Positions 50,741 through 60,135 of a stretch of DNA of 64,000 bases are shown piece after piece. The notes under the pieces were generated by a model. The model was given only the letters and a program-made list of their open reading frames with translations. It searched no databases and was not told the origin of the DNA. Position 1 is the first letter of the stretch; the number at the start of each line of letters is the position of its first letter. The DNA is from Parcubacteria group bacterium GW2011_GWF2_45_11 (GTDB lineage Bacteria; Patescibacteriota; Patescibacteriia; UBA1558; UBA10009). A program made the position numbers and the translations under genes. Where the stretch lies: the NCBI GenBank assembly GCA_001001205.1, contig LCKE01000001.1:8208-72207 (forward strand), read 5' to 3'.

Positions 50741-51118
50741 TTAGTGGTTTTTCTTTGCATTCTCATATGCCGCATGCCCGCCAGCCTTCATGTCTTTTGC
50801 TGGATATTTTTTAGCGTTATATTTAATCTTCTTTAACGTTGAATCAAGTAAGTCAATATCATTTTCTTGGCAAAATTCAAGCAGATAGATAAAAATATCC
50901 GCAACTTCTGCAGCAACTTCATTTTTGTTTTTTTCGGCTACGCTCTTGTTTCTTTCAACATCAGTGCTATCCCATTGATAATGCTCTAAAAGTTCAGCGG
51001 CTTCTAAAACGATTGATTTTGCCAAATCTACCGGGGCAAGACCAAGCCAGTCACGTTCTTTCCTGAAAAAATGAAGTTGCTTAACCACTTCCTCAAAGGT
51101 AATGTTTTTATTGGACAT
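50741..51118 (-). CDS. MazG-like nucleotide pyrophosphohydrolase (dCTPase/house-cleaning type)
   Basis: FEEVVKQLHFFRKERDWLGLAPVDLAKSIVLEAAELLE...EVADIFIYLLEF is the MazG EExxE/DxxxY core. The start is taken at the internal Met (MSNKNITF). Confidence 0.6.
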   Translation of the reverse strand: MSNKNITFEEVVKQLHFFRKERDWLGLAPVDLAKSIVLEAAELLEHYQWDSTDVERNKSVAEKNKNEVAAEVADIFIYLLEFCQENDIDLLDSTLKKIKYNAKKYPAKDMKAGGHAAYENAKKNH

Positions 51119-51194
51119 ATAAAAAATAATAAAATTTATTCCCGATGGCAGACAGACAATGAAACTGTCATAAAACCGCCAAAAACTTGAATGA

Positions 51195-52682
51195 TTACTG
51201 CACTTCCAAAAGCTTTGACTCATCTTCTATTAAATCCAGGGCCGGTGTGGAAGTGGCCAGGGCTTCCAAGGCAGAACCGCTCGGATGAACCAGCAGCGCT
51301 TCGCTATTGGTTTCAATAATATTCTGCCAGGCATAGCCGCGAGAAACAAAGGCGGCTTCGTCTTTAATGTGGAGTTTTTGGCCGTCCGAAATAACATAAA
51401 CCTTGCCGTCATTTTTCGCTTTAACTAAGGTGCCGTCTTTAAACCTTACAGGCGAACCCTTGGGGTAACGCTCCAGCTCGTCCATGTGCCCCAAGAGAAT
51501 CGGCTGGCCGGGATAATTAACCTGCAAAATTTCCCCGGCCACAATCGGATACTTAACCCCGTTTTGCACGTAATAAACGCCAGAAGTTTCCACGTCCCTG
51601 ATCAGAGCGCCGGTCGGGTAGCTGCTTTTGAGGGTCAACTCGGCTCCAATCTCAAGCCCGGCCGCGTCCTCTAAGGTGATCTCAATCATTTCCTCCGGAT
51701 TAAAGCCCAGGGTTCTAAAAACCTCCATATCCGCGATATGCCTGAGTTTATCATCCACTAATAAATAAATATTACCGGTAGGATCATGAAGCAATGAATA
51801 CTGGGCAAACTTTATCTCCGGCCCCTCGGCAAAAGAATCTATTTCCGCCTGGGGCACCGCGATTATATTTTTAGGATCAAAATGGCTGATTAACGAAGTA
51901 AAGGAGGCAAACTTGCGGCGCTGGCCGTCGGTAATCAAGTAAACATCATCGCTGTCAGGCGCTTTGAGCAAAGTGCCGTTAGCCCGGAAATGAGAATTTT
52001 CAAACCAGGCATTCCAAATTTTCCAAAAATTATAATTAGCGCCGATGCGGTAACCGTCAACCACCGTATTGCCCTGATAAGGATTGTAGGTGTAAAGGGC
52101 GGCCGTGGCCTTGGTTTGCGGCGTAATGGTGATTTTATCCTGTGTCATTTTGGACACGCCCAAGCACCATTTGGTAAAAGTACAGTAAAATCCGGCCTGG
52201 TGCTTGCCGTAAGCGTTCAAATCCGCCATGTATTCTTTAAATTTTTTAGCGGCGGACTGCACTTGTTTGGTAAAACCTTTGTAAACATCCAGGCAGATTC
52301 CCCCGTAACAGCTGTAGCCGGTCGCCCAGTTGTACTGATTGGCCGAAGGCTCGGTATCGGTTACCAAGCTTTGCTCTTTTTGCAAAAGGGTTAAAAGAAA
52401 GCGGGGATTAATCAGAAACTCCTGGGCCGCGTGCCAGATGGTGTAATAAGCGGCCATGCCGTTGGCCGGATCGGTATAGCTTGCTAAAGCGCCGCCCTGG
52501 ACCTGGAGAAAATCCCTGATTTGCTCAATGCTCATGGCCCTGTAATCCAGCATCTCATCGTCGCTCAAAAGATAGTGAGGATTAAAATCAGGATTATCCT
52601 CGTATGACTCAACGGCCAAGGTCAAATTAAAAGGCAATGATATGGCGATCAAGGAAATTAAAAAAGTTTTTCTGGCGTTCAT
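51195..52682 (-). CDS. secreted hypothetical protein
   Basis: Signal peptide MNARKTFLISLIAISLPFNLTLA. About 495 aa with no recognised motif. Confidence 0.4.
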   Translation of the reverse strand: MNARKTFLISLIAISLPFNLTLAVESYEDNPDFNPHYLLSDDEMLDYRAMSIEQIRDFLQVQGGALASYTDPANGMAAYYTIWHAAQEFLINPRFLLTLLQKEQSLVTDTEPSANQYNWATGYSCYGGICLDVYKGFTKQVQSAAKKFKEYMADLNAYGKHQAGFYCTFTKWCLGVSKMTQDKITITPQTKATAALYTYNPYQGNTVVDGYRIGANYNFWKIWNAWFENSHFRANGTLLKAPDSDDVYLITDGQRRKFASFTSLISHFDPKNIIAVPQAEIDSFAEGPEIKFAQYSLLHDPTGNIYLLVDDKLRHIADMEVFRTLGFNPEEMIEITLEDAAGLEIGAELTLKSSYPTGALIRDVETSGVYYVQNGVKYPIVAGEILQVNYPGQPILLGHMDELERYPKGSPVRFKDGTLVKAKNDGKVYVISDGQKLHIKDEAAFVSRGYAWQNIIETNSEALLVHPSGSALEALATSTPALDLIEDESKLLEVQ

Positions 52683-52738
52683 GGTAAATAAAATAAGCAA
52701 AAGCTAAGCCTTAACATCTCCTCCAGTCTAACAAAAAA

Positions 52739-53812
52739 TCACTCAAATTTCAACGGTAATTGATAACCGCACTTAGGGCATTGACCCGCTAAGCTGTAAT
52801 TGGTGATTTCATAGGCGCGGCGCCTGATCACCAAGGCGCGGCAACAAGGACAATAGGTGTTTTCCCGGCCGTCATTAAGTAAATTGCCCGTGTAAACATA
52901 GCTCAGCCCCGCTTTCAGTCCGGCCTCATAAGCGGCGTCAATCAAGCCGGCGGGTGTGGGCTGATAAGACTGGAGCAAATAAGAAATCTCCGGAGAAAAT
53001 TTGGAAATGTGCCAGGGAACGTCAGGCGAAAGTTCGGTGGCGATAAAATCGGCAATGTCCCCAAGCTGATCCAGCTTGTCTGTCTGGCCAGGGACCAGCA
53101 GGGTGGTCACTTCCAGGTTGACGCCGGCTTTAGCCAGCCGCTGTAAATTTTCCAAAATCGGCGCTAGATGACAGCCGCAATTTTGCCAGTAGATTTGCTC
53201 GTCAAAAAACTTTAAATCCACATTAATGGCGTCCAGCCAGGGGAGTATCTCGTTCAAGCAGTCTTTGGACATGTAGCCATTGGAAACCCAAATATTTTTT
53301 AGGCTATGTTGGCGCGCCAGTTTCATGCAGTCCAAAGCGTACTCAAAAAAAATCGTCGGCTCGGTGTAGGTATAGGCAATTGACCGGCAGCCTGATTCTA
53401 CGGCTTCGGCCACCACCTCTTGTACGCTGACATCATCACCGGGAAACAAAAAATTGTTTTCTTGTCGCACCCCTCTCGTTCCGCTTGCAAAGTCGGGCCG
53501 GGGATTTTTTGATTCTTTAATTCCCTGGCTAATCTGCCAGTTCTGACAATTAGCGCAACACAAATTGCAACCGACCGCAGCGATTGAGTAGGCGGCCGTC
53601 CCCGGCAAAAAATGAAACAGCGGCTTTTTTTCCACCGGATCAACCGCTCTGGCAATCAGGCGTCCGTAATTCAAACTGACTAACAAGCCCGCCTGATTCT
53701 GCCTGACACCGCAAAGACCCCGCTGATTCTCGCTCAACCGGCAAAAATGGCGGCACAAACAACATTGGACCAAACACCTGGGTAATTTTTTGTATAAGCC
53801 GGCTTCTCTCAT
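52739..53812 (-). CDS. AmmeMemoRadiSam system radical SAM enzyme
   Basis: N-terminal Cys cluster (LVQCCLCRHFC). NYGRLIARAVDPVEKKPLFHF and a CNLCCANCQNW (CxxxCxxC) radical SAM motif match the family almost residue for residue. Confidence 0.8.
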   Translation of the reverse strand: MREAGLYKKLPRCLVQCCLCRHFCRLSENQRGLCGVRQNQAGLLVSLNYGRLIARAVDPVEKKPLFHFLPGTAAYSIAAVGCNLCCANCQNWQISQGIKESKNPRPDFASGTRGVRQENNFLFPGDDVSVQEVVAEAVESGCRSIAYTYTEPTIFFEYALDCMKLARQHSLKNIWVSNGYMSKDCLNEILPWLDAINVDLKFFDEQIYWQNCGCHLAPILENLQRLAKAGVNLEVTTLLVPGQTDKLDQLGDIADFIATELSPDVPWHISKFSPEISYLLQSYQPTPAGLIDAAYEAGLKAGLSYVYTGNLLNDGRENTYCPCCRALVIRRRAYEITNYSLAGQCPKCGYQLPLKFE

Positions 53813-54024
53813 AAGTCTATTATAGCAATTGAATCAGAGTAATAAAAATGCTAAAATAGGACGGAGATTGGGTGAGTTGGTCATTAGGTAGATCAGATAG
53901 ATTGATTGATCAGGTTGATTGGGAGATTAGGTTGTTAGCTAATTAATTATCTAACATAGCCCAACCGACCCAAGCCACCAATGAACCCGTTTCCGTGTAA
54001 CTCATAACGCGTATCGCGGATCAT

Positions 54025-54055
54025 GCCCGCCCGCCACCACAACAAGTCGGGCGGG
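54025..54055. repeat. conserved-loop GC hairpin, copy 3 (GCCCGCCCG-ccACCACAACAAGt-CGGGCGGG)
   Basis: Same stem and loop as copies 1 and 2, followed by GTAACAAATAATC as in copy 2. Confidence 0.55.
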
Positions 54056-54102
54056 TAACCCGTAACAAATAATCAAAAAATCAATTTCTTGCTTTAAACT
54101 AA

Positions 54103-54199
54103 GGGATTTCTCCCTGCCATAGCCGTAGCGAAGCAACAGCTTTGCGCAGGCAGGCGCTCGTCCTCACTAAAGTTTGTCTTCGGTCAAAATGACAAACAA
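54103..54199 (-). repeat. repeated intergenic element, copy C (core only, inverted orientation)
   Basis: The reverse complement matches the 49266-49362 core of copy B with only a few mismatches. Confidence 0.6.
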
Positions 54200-54257
54200 C
54201 TAACGTAACTCTTAACGCTTAACTCATCATTCTAATCCACCCATTCACCCAATAAAA

Positions 54258-54806
54258 ATGAAACGAATTTTCCTCGGTATTGATTTACCTCATGAGTTGA
54301 AAAATAAAATAGAAAAGCTGAAAAACGAATATCAGCTGAAAAATCTGCCGATTAAATTGGTTGAGCCGGAGAACAGCCATATCGCCTTTAAATTTTTGGC
54401 TAACCTGACAGACGAACAAATAGCCCGGGTGGCGGAGACTGTCAGCCGGGCGGTGGAAAACTTTAAATGCTTTAACGTTAGCATCTCCGGCTGTTTGGCT
54501 TTTCCTAACTTTGAGCATGCCAGAGTCCTGGCTCTAAAAGTCGTCAGCCCCAACTTAAACGGCCTGGCCACCAAACTGTTCAGCCGCTTTAACGAACTTG
54601 ATTTTATTGAGCCGGAACAAAGGCCCTACGCGCCTCACGTGACTTTGGGCAGAATTAAAGATACCTTAACCCTCAGCCAGCAGCAAAAAATTTCCCAGCT
54701 AAAATTCGGCGCGGAATTCCTGGTTGACCGTCTCCAGCTTTTTCACAGCCAGTTGACCGCTGACGGTCCCGCTTATGCTGTTTTAAAAAACTTTCAACTT
54801 AAATAA
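54258..54806 (+). CDS. thpR: RNA 2',3'-cyclic phosphodiesterase (2H phosphoesterase, LigT/ThpR)
   Basis: Two H-x-T/S-x motifs: SHIAFKFL and PHVTLGRI. Confidence 0.7.
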   Translation: MKRIFLGIDLPHELKNKIEKLKNEYQLKNLPIKLVEPENSHIAFKFLANLTDEQIARVAETVSRAVENFKCFNVSISGCLAFPNFEHARVLALKVVSPNLNGLATKLFSRFNELDFIEPEQRPYAPHVTLGRIKDTLTLSQQQKISQLKFGAEFLVDRLQLFHSQLTADGPAYAVLKNFQLK

Positions 54807-55654
54807 TGAAAGCCAATATCCTCGGCGTACAAATCGACGTGTTAACCAAAACAAAAGCGCTGGAGCAAATTGAGCGATTTTTAAGCTCGGACCGGCAACA
54901 CCAAGTGGTCACGGCCAACCCGGAAATGGTATTACAGGCCTGGCGCCATGATGACTTTCGCCGGCTGATTAACAACAGTAGCCTGGTGGTGGCCGACGGC
55001 ATCGGTTTGCTCTGGGCCGCTAAATTTTTGGCGCTGAAAAGCTCAAATTTCATTATCTCGCTCTGCCAGCTGATCATCAGCAGCCTGAGCCTGGTCATTA
55101 GCCCGGACTATTGCCGCCAGGTTTTGCCGGAAAGAATTACCGGCGTGGATCTGCTGGAAAAAATCTGCGAACAGGCAAGCCGGAAAAATTGGAAAGTTTA
55201 TCTTCTGGGCGGGGCAGAGGGCATCGCTGAAAAAACGTCAGCGGTTCTTAAAAAACGTTATCTGGAACTTAAAATAGTCGGCGCTGATCATGGTTACGAA
55301 TTACTAATAACCAATGACAAATTACAACCGGACGAAAAAAACAATCAGCCAATGGTCAGCCGCATCAATCAACAACAACCCGACATTCTCTTGGTCGCTT
55401 TCGGCGCCCTTAAGCAGGAGTACTGGATTAAGGAAAATCTGAGTAAGCTGACGAGCGTTAAAGTGGCGATGGGCGTGGGGGGCGCCTTTGACTTTATTGC
55501 GGGCCGCGCCAAGCGCGCGCCGGAAATTTACCGCGAGCTGGGCCTGGAATGGCTGCACCGTTTTTGCCACCAGCCCTGGCGGGCAACAAGAATGTTCAAC
55601 GCCACTCTCAAATTCATTTACCGCGTCAGCAAATATAAACATCACCTTGGTTGA
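54806..55654 (+). CDS. WecB/TagA/CpsF-family glycosyltransferase
   Basis: QHQVVTANPEMVLQAW...VVADGIGLLWAAKFL N-terminus and the C-terminal motif GALKQEYW...MGVGGAFDF. Confidence 0.65.
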   Translation: MKANILGVQIDVLTKTKALEQIERFLSSDRQHQVVTANPEMVLQAWRHDDFRRLINNSSLVVADGIGLLWAAKFLALKSSNFIISLCQLIISSLSLVISPDYCRQVLPERITGVDLLEKICEQASRKNWKVYLLGGAEGIAEKTSAVLKKRYLELKIVGADHGYELLITNDKLQPDEKNNQPMVSRINQQQPDILLVAFGALKQEYWIKENLSKLTSVKVAMGVGGAFDFIAGRAKRAPEIYRELGLEWLHRFCHQPWRATRMFNATLKFIYRVSKYKHHLG

Positions 55655-56184
55655 ATATGACGGAAAAAATCACTTTGGTTGACGAAAACAACAACATCAC
55701 CGGCTACGAAGAAAAATTAAAAGTGCATCAGCTGGGACTGTTGCACGCGGCTTTTTCCATCTTTATCTTCAATGACAAAGAAGAGATGCTGATCCAAAAA
55801 AGGCATCCGGCCAAATATCATTCCGGCGGCTTATGGGCCAACAGCTGCTGCAGTCACCCCCGGCAAGACGAAATCATTGATCAAGCCATCCACCGCCGCC
55901 TGCGGGAGGAACTGGGCTTTGATTGTCCGCTAAAAAAAATCTTTGACTTTACTTATCGGGTGGAATTTGAAAACGGCCTGATTGAACACGAGCTGGATAA
56001 TGTTTTTCTCGGCCGGTTTAACGGGCCCGTTCACCCCAATCCCCAAAAAATACAAGACGTCAAATGGCTTAAGCTGGATGACTTAGCCAGCGACATTAAA
56101 AACCGTTCGGCACAATACGCTTACTGGTTCAAGCGGGCTTGGCCGCGGGTGATAAAGTTTATCAGTCATTATGGCACTCTATAA
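55651..56184 (+). CDS. idi: isopentenyl-diphosphate delta-isomerase (type 1, Nudix fold)
   Basis: LGLLHAAFSIFIFN...KYHSGGLWANSCCSHP is a close match to the IDI-1 active-site region. Confidence 0.85.
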   Translation: MNMTEKITLVDENNNITGYEEKLKVHQLGLLHAAFSIFIFNDKEEMLIQKRHPAKYHSGGLWANSCCSHPRQDEIIDQAIHRRLREELGFDCPLKKIFDFTYRVEFENGLIEHELDNVFLGRFNGPVHPNPQKIQDVKWLKLDDLASDIKNRSAQYAYWFKRAWPRVIKFISHYGTL

Positions 56185-56278
56185 GATTTAATCGTAATGT
56201 GATAAAATCTATAAGCTGGCGGAAAAACAAAATAATTTTATCCGGCCGGGTTAGCCACTGATTACAAATTTCCTAGAT

Positions 56279-56304
56279 AAAAAAAGAGGTTTCCGGGAAA
56301 CCTC
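56279..56304 (-). terminator. intrinsic terminator (GAGGTTTCC/GGAAACCTC hairpin plus U7) on the minus strand
   Basis: Perfect 9-bp palindrome followed by a T7 run on the minus strand. It sits downstream of a 59-aa minus-strand membrane-peptide ORF at about 56343-56522. Confidence 0.45.
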
Positions 56305-56747
56305 AAATATTCGGTAACTTAGCCTGACTGACTCTCCTGGTCACCATCAGGAAAAATCGTCAGTGTTAGGCACGCAATGGCAACAGCTATAGTTGCCAAA
56401 ATGTGCCAGAATATGCTGGCGTCAAACAACCAGCATATTCCATTATATACTAGTGCCAAAAAAACAAATATGGCACTGTAGACAACATTCCTCGTCATAC
56501 CACCCCCTATTTTCCCGTGAACCAGATAAATATAATTTACAAAAATAAAACAAATATGTCAATCAAGCGTTAGCAAATAAAAACAGCGCATTCTCAAGAG
56601 GAACTTTCCCGTATCGCCCAGCAGAAATATGCACTGCCGAGAATAGGGGAATCAGAAAAAGCGCTGAATAAATTTAACAAAAAAAAGAAAGCTTCAACTG
56701 CCTTAAATCCATTAATTTTTATCTTCAGCCTCTGCGGCTTAAAGCAT

Positions 56748-56779
56748 AAAAAAAATGAGACCGGGCAACCGATCTCATG
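56748..56779 (-). terminator. intrinsic terminator (ATGAGACCGG-GCAA-CCGATCTCAT plus U8) on the minus strand
   Basis: 10-bp stem with one mismatch, a GCAA tetraloop, and a T8 run on the minus strand. Confidence 0.45.
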
Positions 56780-57001
56780 AATCCGAAGAAGTCAGCTCAG
56801 GCGCTGACCGCCCATAAGCCTGAGCAAACCGTCCCTGAGAACTTCCAGACACATTAAACCAAAAATTTTAAAGTAAATCATCCCACCTCCTTTAGGCTAA
56901 AAAACGTAACAATATCTAATTTAGGCCGGCCTTGACTTAAATGTCAAATTTTTAAAAAAAATAATCTTAAAAATTTAACCTGATTTTAACCTATCAGCCA
57001 A

Positions 57002-58477
57002 TTGATTAAAACCCGTTTCGCGCCGTCGCCGACCGGTTACCTTCACATCGGCGGCTTAAGAGGCGCCCTCTATCCCTACCTTTTCGCCAAACAGCATAAG
57101 GGCAAATTTGTTTTACGCTTGGAAGACACTGATCAATCCCGGTACGTTAAAGGCGCCGTGGAAAACATTATCCAAACCCTGCAAAAAATCGGCCTGGAAT
57201 GGGACGAAGGGCCTTATTTGGATAAAACCCTTAACATTAAACAAAAAGGCCGATTTGGCCCATATTTTCAGTCTCAGAGGCTACCAATCTATCAACAATA
57301 TGCCCAAAAATTAATTGACAGCGGCCAGGCCTATTATTGCTTTTGCAGTACCGACCGGCTGGAAAAATTGCGCCAACTGCAACAAGGGCAAAATCAACCA
57401 TCCAAATATGACGGCTGTTGCCGCAGATTAACCGAAAAATACAAAAGCGCCAAATTCAAAATTCAAAATTCAAAATTACTCGTTAATGACCGGCCGGCCG
57501 TCATCAGGCTTAAAATTCCCCAAAGCGGGGAAGTCAGGTTTAATGATTTAATCAGAGGGGAAGTTAAAATCCAGATGGAAGATATTGACGATCAGGTGCT
57601 GATAAAATCAGACGGTTTTCCCACTTATCATCTGGCCGTGGTGATTGACGATCATCTCATGGGCATCACCCATGTTATCAGGGGAGAAGAGTGGATTTCT
57701 TCCACGCCCAAGCATATTTTGCTTTACCAATTTTTAAACTGGGACCTGCCTAAATTCGCCCATCTGCCCCTGCTGTTGAACAAAGACCGCTCAAAACTGT
57801 CCAAACGCCAGGGCGACGTGGCGGCGGAGGACTATCTAAAAAAAGGTTACCTGCCGGAAGCCCTGCTCAATTACGTGGCTCTGCTTGGCTGGCATCCCTC
57901 AGACGACCGTGAACTTTTCCGCCTGAAAGAGCTAATTAAAAATTTTGATTTAAGCCGGGTGCAAAAAGCCGGGGCGATCTTTGACTCAGACAAACTCAAC
58001 TGGTTCAACTGCTTTTACATTAAAAACAAGCCGGACAAAGAGTTATTGAGACTCGCTAAAAAATTCCTGCCGGACGTGCCGGATAAATTGCTAGATAAAA
58101 TTCTTAAAGTGGAAAAATCCAGGCTCAGCTATCTGGCGGAAATCTGCGACCGCGCCGGCTACTTTTTAAACTTGGCGGATTATGAGCCTGAAATTTTAAT
58201 TTTTAAAAAATCAGACGGGGGAACGGCGCGGCTGGCCCTGGAAAAAGTTATGGACCGCTTAAACGGCCTTAAAAAATGGCAGCCGGAAAAAATCAAACAG
58301 GCTTTGGCGGCGGTTGTCCAGGAAAACCGGCTAACGAACGGCGACGTTTTCTGGCCGGTCAGAGTGGCCCTCTCCGGCCTCAAGCAAAGCCCGCCGCCGG
58401 AAGAGATCATGGCCGTTTTGGAAAAAGATGAAAGCCTGACAAGAATCCAGTCGGCCTTAGATAAACTAAAAAAATGA
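57002..58477 (+). CDS. gltX: glutamyl-tRNA synthetase
   Basis: HIGH motif PSPTGYLHIGGLRGAL, KMSKS-type KLSKRQG, and an anticodon-binding C-terminal domain. Confidence 0.9.
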   Translation: MIKTRFAPSPTGYLHIGGLRGALYPYLFAKQHKGKFVLRLEDTDQSRYVKGAVENIIQTLQKIGLEWDEGPYLDKTLNIKQKGRFGPYFQSQRLPIYQQYAQKLIDSGQAYYCFCSTDRLEKLRQLQQGQNQPSKYDGCCRRLTEKYKSAKFKIQNSKLLVNDRPAVIRLKIPQSGEVRFNDLIRGEVKIQMEDIDDQVLIKSDGFPTYHLAVVIDDHLMGITHVIRGEEWISSTPKHILLYQFLNWDLPKFAHLPLLLNKDRSKLSKRQGDVAAEDYLKKGYLPEALLNYVALLGWHPSDDRELFRLKELIKNFDLSRVQKAGAIFDSDKLNWFNCFYIKNKPDKELLRLAKKFLPDVPDKLLDKILKVEKSRLSYLAEICDRAGYFLNLADYEPEILIFKKSDGGTARLALEKVMDRLNGLKKWQPEKIKQALAAVVQENRLTNGDVFWPVRVALSGLKQSPPPEEIMAVLEKDESLTRIQSALDKLKK

Positions 58478-59724
58478 AAAAACGATCATTCTTAACCATT
58501 CTCATTTTTTTGACCATTGGCCTCTGTTTAGCGCCGCTTAACTTAAGTTTGGCCCAAGATAACCTAGGCGTTGCGTCTTTGACCGAAGAGTTGGACCCGG
58601 CCATACAGGAGCTTAAAGACGAAATCAGCAAATACCAAAGTCAGGTGGAAAAACTGAAAAAACAGCAAAATTCTTACGAGGCCAGCCTTAAAATCAAGCA
58701 CCAGCAAATTAATAATCTTAAAAACCAGCTGGGCATCCTTGATGACAGCATCGCCAAGCTTATTTTGGAAATTCAAACCACTCAGCTGCAAATTGAGCAG
58801 ACTAATCTGGAAATCCAAAACCTGAACCTGCAAATTGAACGCCAGGTGATAGAAATACAAAATTATCAGGCCAAAATGGCGGGCGTCCTCAGAACGATTG
58901 ATAAAAAAGACCGAAAAAAAAGTCACCTTGAGGCTTTGGTCTTACAGGGCACTTTGGGCAGTTTTTTTGAAGAACTAAACCAGCTCCAGTCTTTGGAAAA
59001 CACCCTTAATAAGGGGCTGAACGATTTAACTCAGCTCAAAAATGAACTGGAGGGAAAAAAATCCAGCTTAGAAACCAGAAAAGATCAGCTGAACAACCTC
59101 AAGGATAAACTGCTGTCACAATCGGAAAGCCTGGAAGGGGACAGGAACGTCAAAGACAATTTACTGGACCAAACCAGGGGCGAAGAAGGCAAATTTCAGC
59201 AATTACTGGAACAGCTGAAAGCGGAGCAGTCCGAAATTGAATCAAGCATCCAAAATCTGGAAGTGGAAGCCAGACGGAGGATCCTGGAAACCGAAGGCAT
59301 CCTGCCTTCAGACGCCGGCTTTATTTGGCCGGTGCCGTCCAGAAAAATTACTACCAATTTTCACGATCCTGATTATCCTTTCCGCTACATTTTTGAACAC
59401 CCGGCCATTGATATCGGTTCAACGCCCCAGGGCACGGCCGTTAGGGCCGCCCGTTCCGGCTATGTTGCCAGGGTAAAATACGACGGCAATTCCAATTATG
59501 CTTATATTCTTCTAGTCCATAACGGCGGACTGTCCACCGTTTATGGCCACATCAGCAAACCCTACGTCACCGAGGATTCTTTCGTCGTCCAGGGCGAAGT
59601 CATCGCCTTATCCGGCGGCATGCCCGGCACCACCGGCGCCGGCCGCCTAACCACCGGACCGCATTTGCATTTTGAAGTCAGGCTAAACGGCATTCCGGTC
59701 AACCCGCTCCAATATTTGCCATAA
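58474..59724 (+). CDS. M23-family peptidase with N-terminal coiled-coil (EnvC-like murein hydrolase)
   Basis: Signal/TM, about 250 aa of coiled coil, and C-terminal M23 motifs (HPAIDIG, GHISKPYV, HLHFEV). Confidence 0.8.
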   Translation: MKKRSFLTILIFLTIGLCLAPLNLSLAQDNLGVASLTEELDPAIQELKDEISKYQSQVEKLKKQQNSYEASLKIKHQQINNLKNQLGILDDSIAKLILEIQTTQLQIEQTNLEIQNLNLQIERQVIEIQNYQAKMAGVLRTIDKKDRKKSHLEALVLQGTLGSFFEELNQLQSLENTLNKGLNDLTQLKNELEGKKSSLETRKDQLNNLKDKLLSQSESLEGDRNVKDNLLDQTRGEEGKFQQLLEQLKAEQSEIESSIQNLEVEARRRILETEGILPSDAGFIWPVPSRKITTNFHDPDYPFRYIFEHPAIDIGSTPQGTAVRAARSGYVARVKYDGNSNYAYILLVHNGGLSTVYGHISKPYVTEDSFVVQGEVIALSGGMPGTTGAGRLTTGPHLHFEVRLNGIPVNPLQYLP

Positions 59725-60000
59725 ATAAAAAACTTGTTTTTTGTTTTTTGTTGTTGTTTTTTTTTGCCGTTTGTTTAATAAGCGCAAATAAGGCATTTAA
59801 AACAAAAAGGGACAAGTTTTTTATTTTTCAAAAAATGACCAGATGACCATAATTAAAGCAAGCGTAATAACATACGCCCAAACGCTCACTTCGTTCTGGA
59901 TCATCACCAGAATAACTATCACAGACATTAATAAAAAAACAATCCTTTTACCCATATTTACTTCTTGTTTTAATCGTTTAAACTAACAAAAAATGGTATT

Positions 60001-60098
60001 TTTGTCAACAGCCAAAATTTAGCCTGTCAAAATTTAGCCAAAATTTAGCCTGTCAAAATTTAGACACAGACAAAATTTTAGACTAAATTTTAATGTAA
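60001..60098. repeat. tandem/iterated AAAATTTAG(C/A)C(TGT) repeats (5-6 copies) with a terminal palindrome AAAATTTTAGACTAAATTTT
   Basis: Read directly from the sequence. Lies 40 bp beyond the 3' end of the tyrosine recombinase gene. Confidence 0.7.
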
Positions 60099-60135
60099 AC
60101 GAAAAATAGAAATATCATAGACAAAATTTTAAAAA

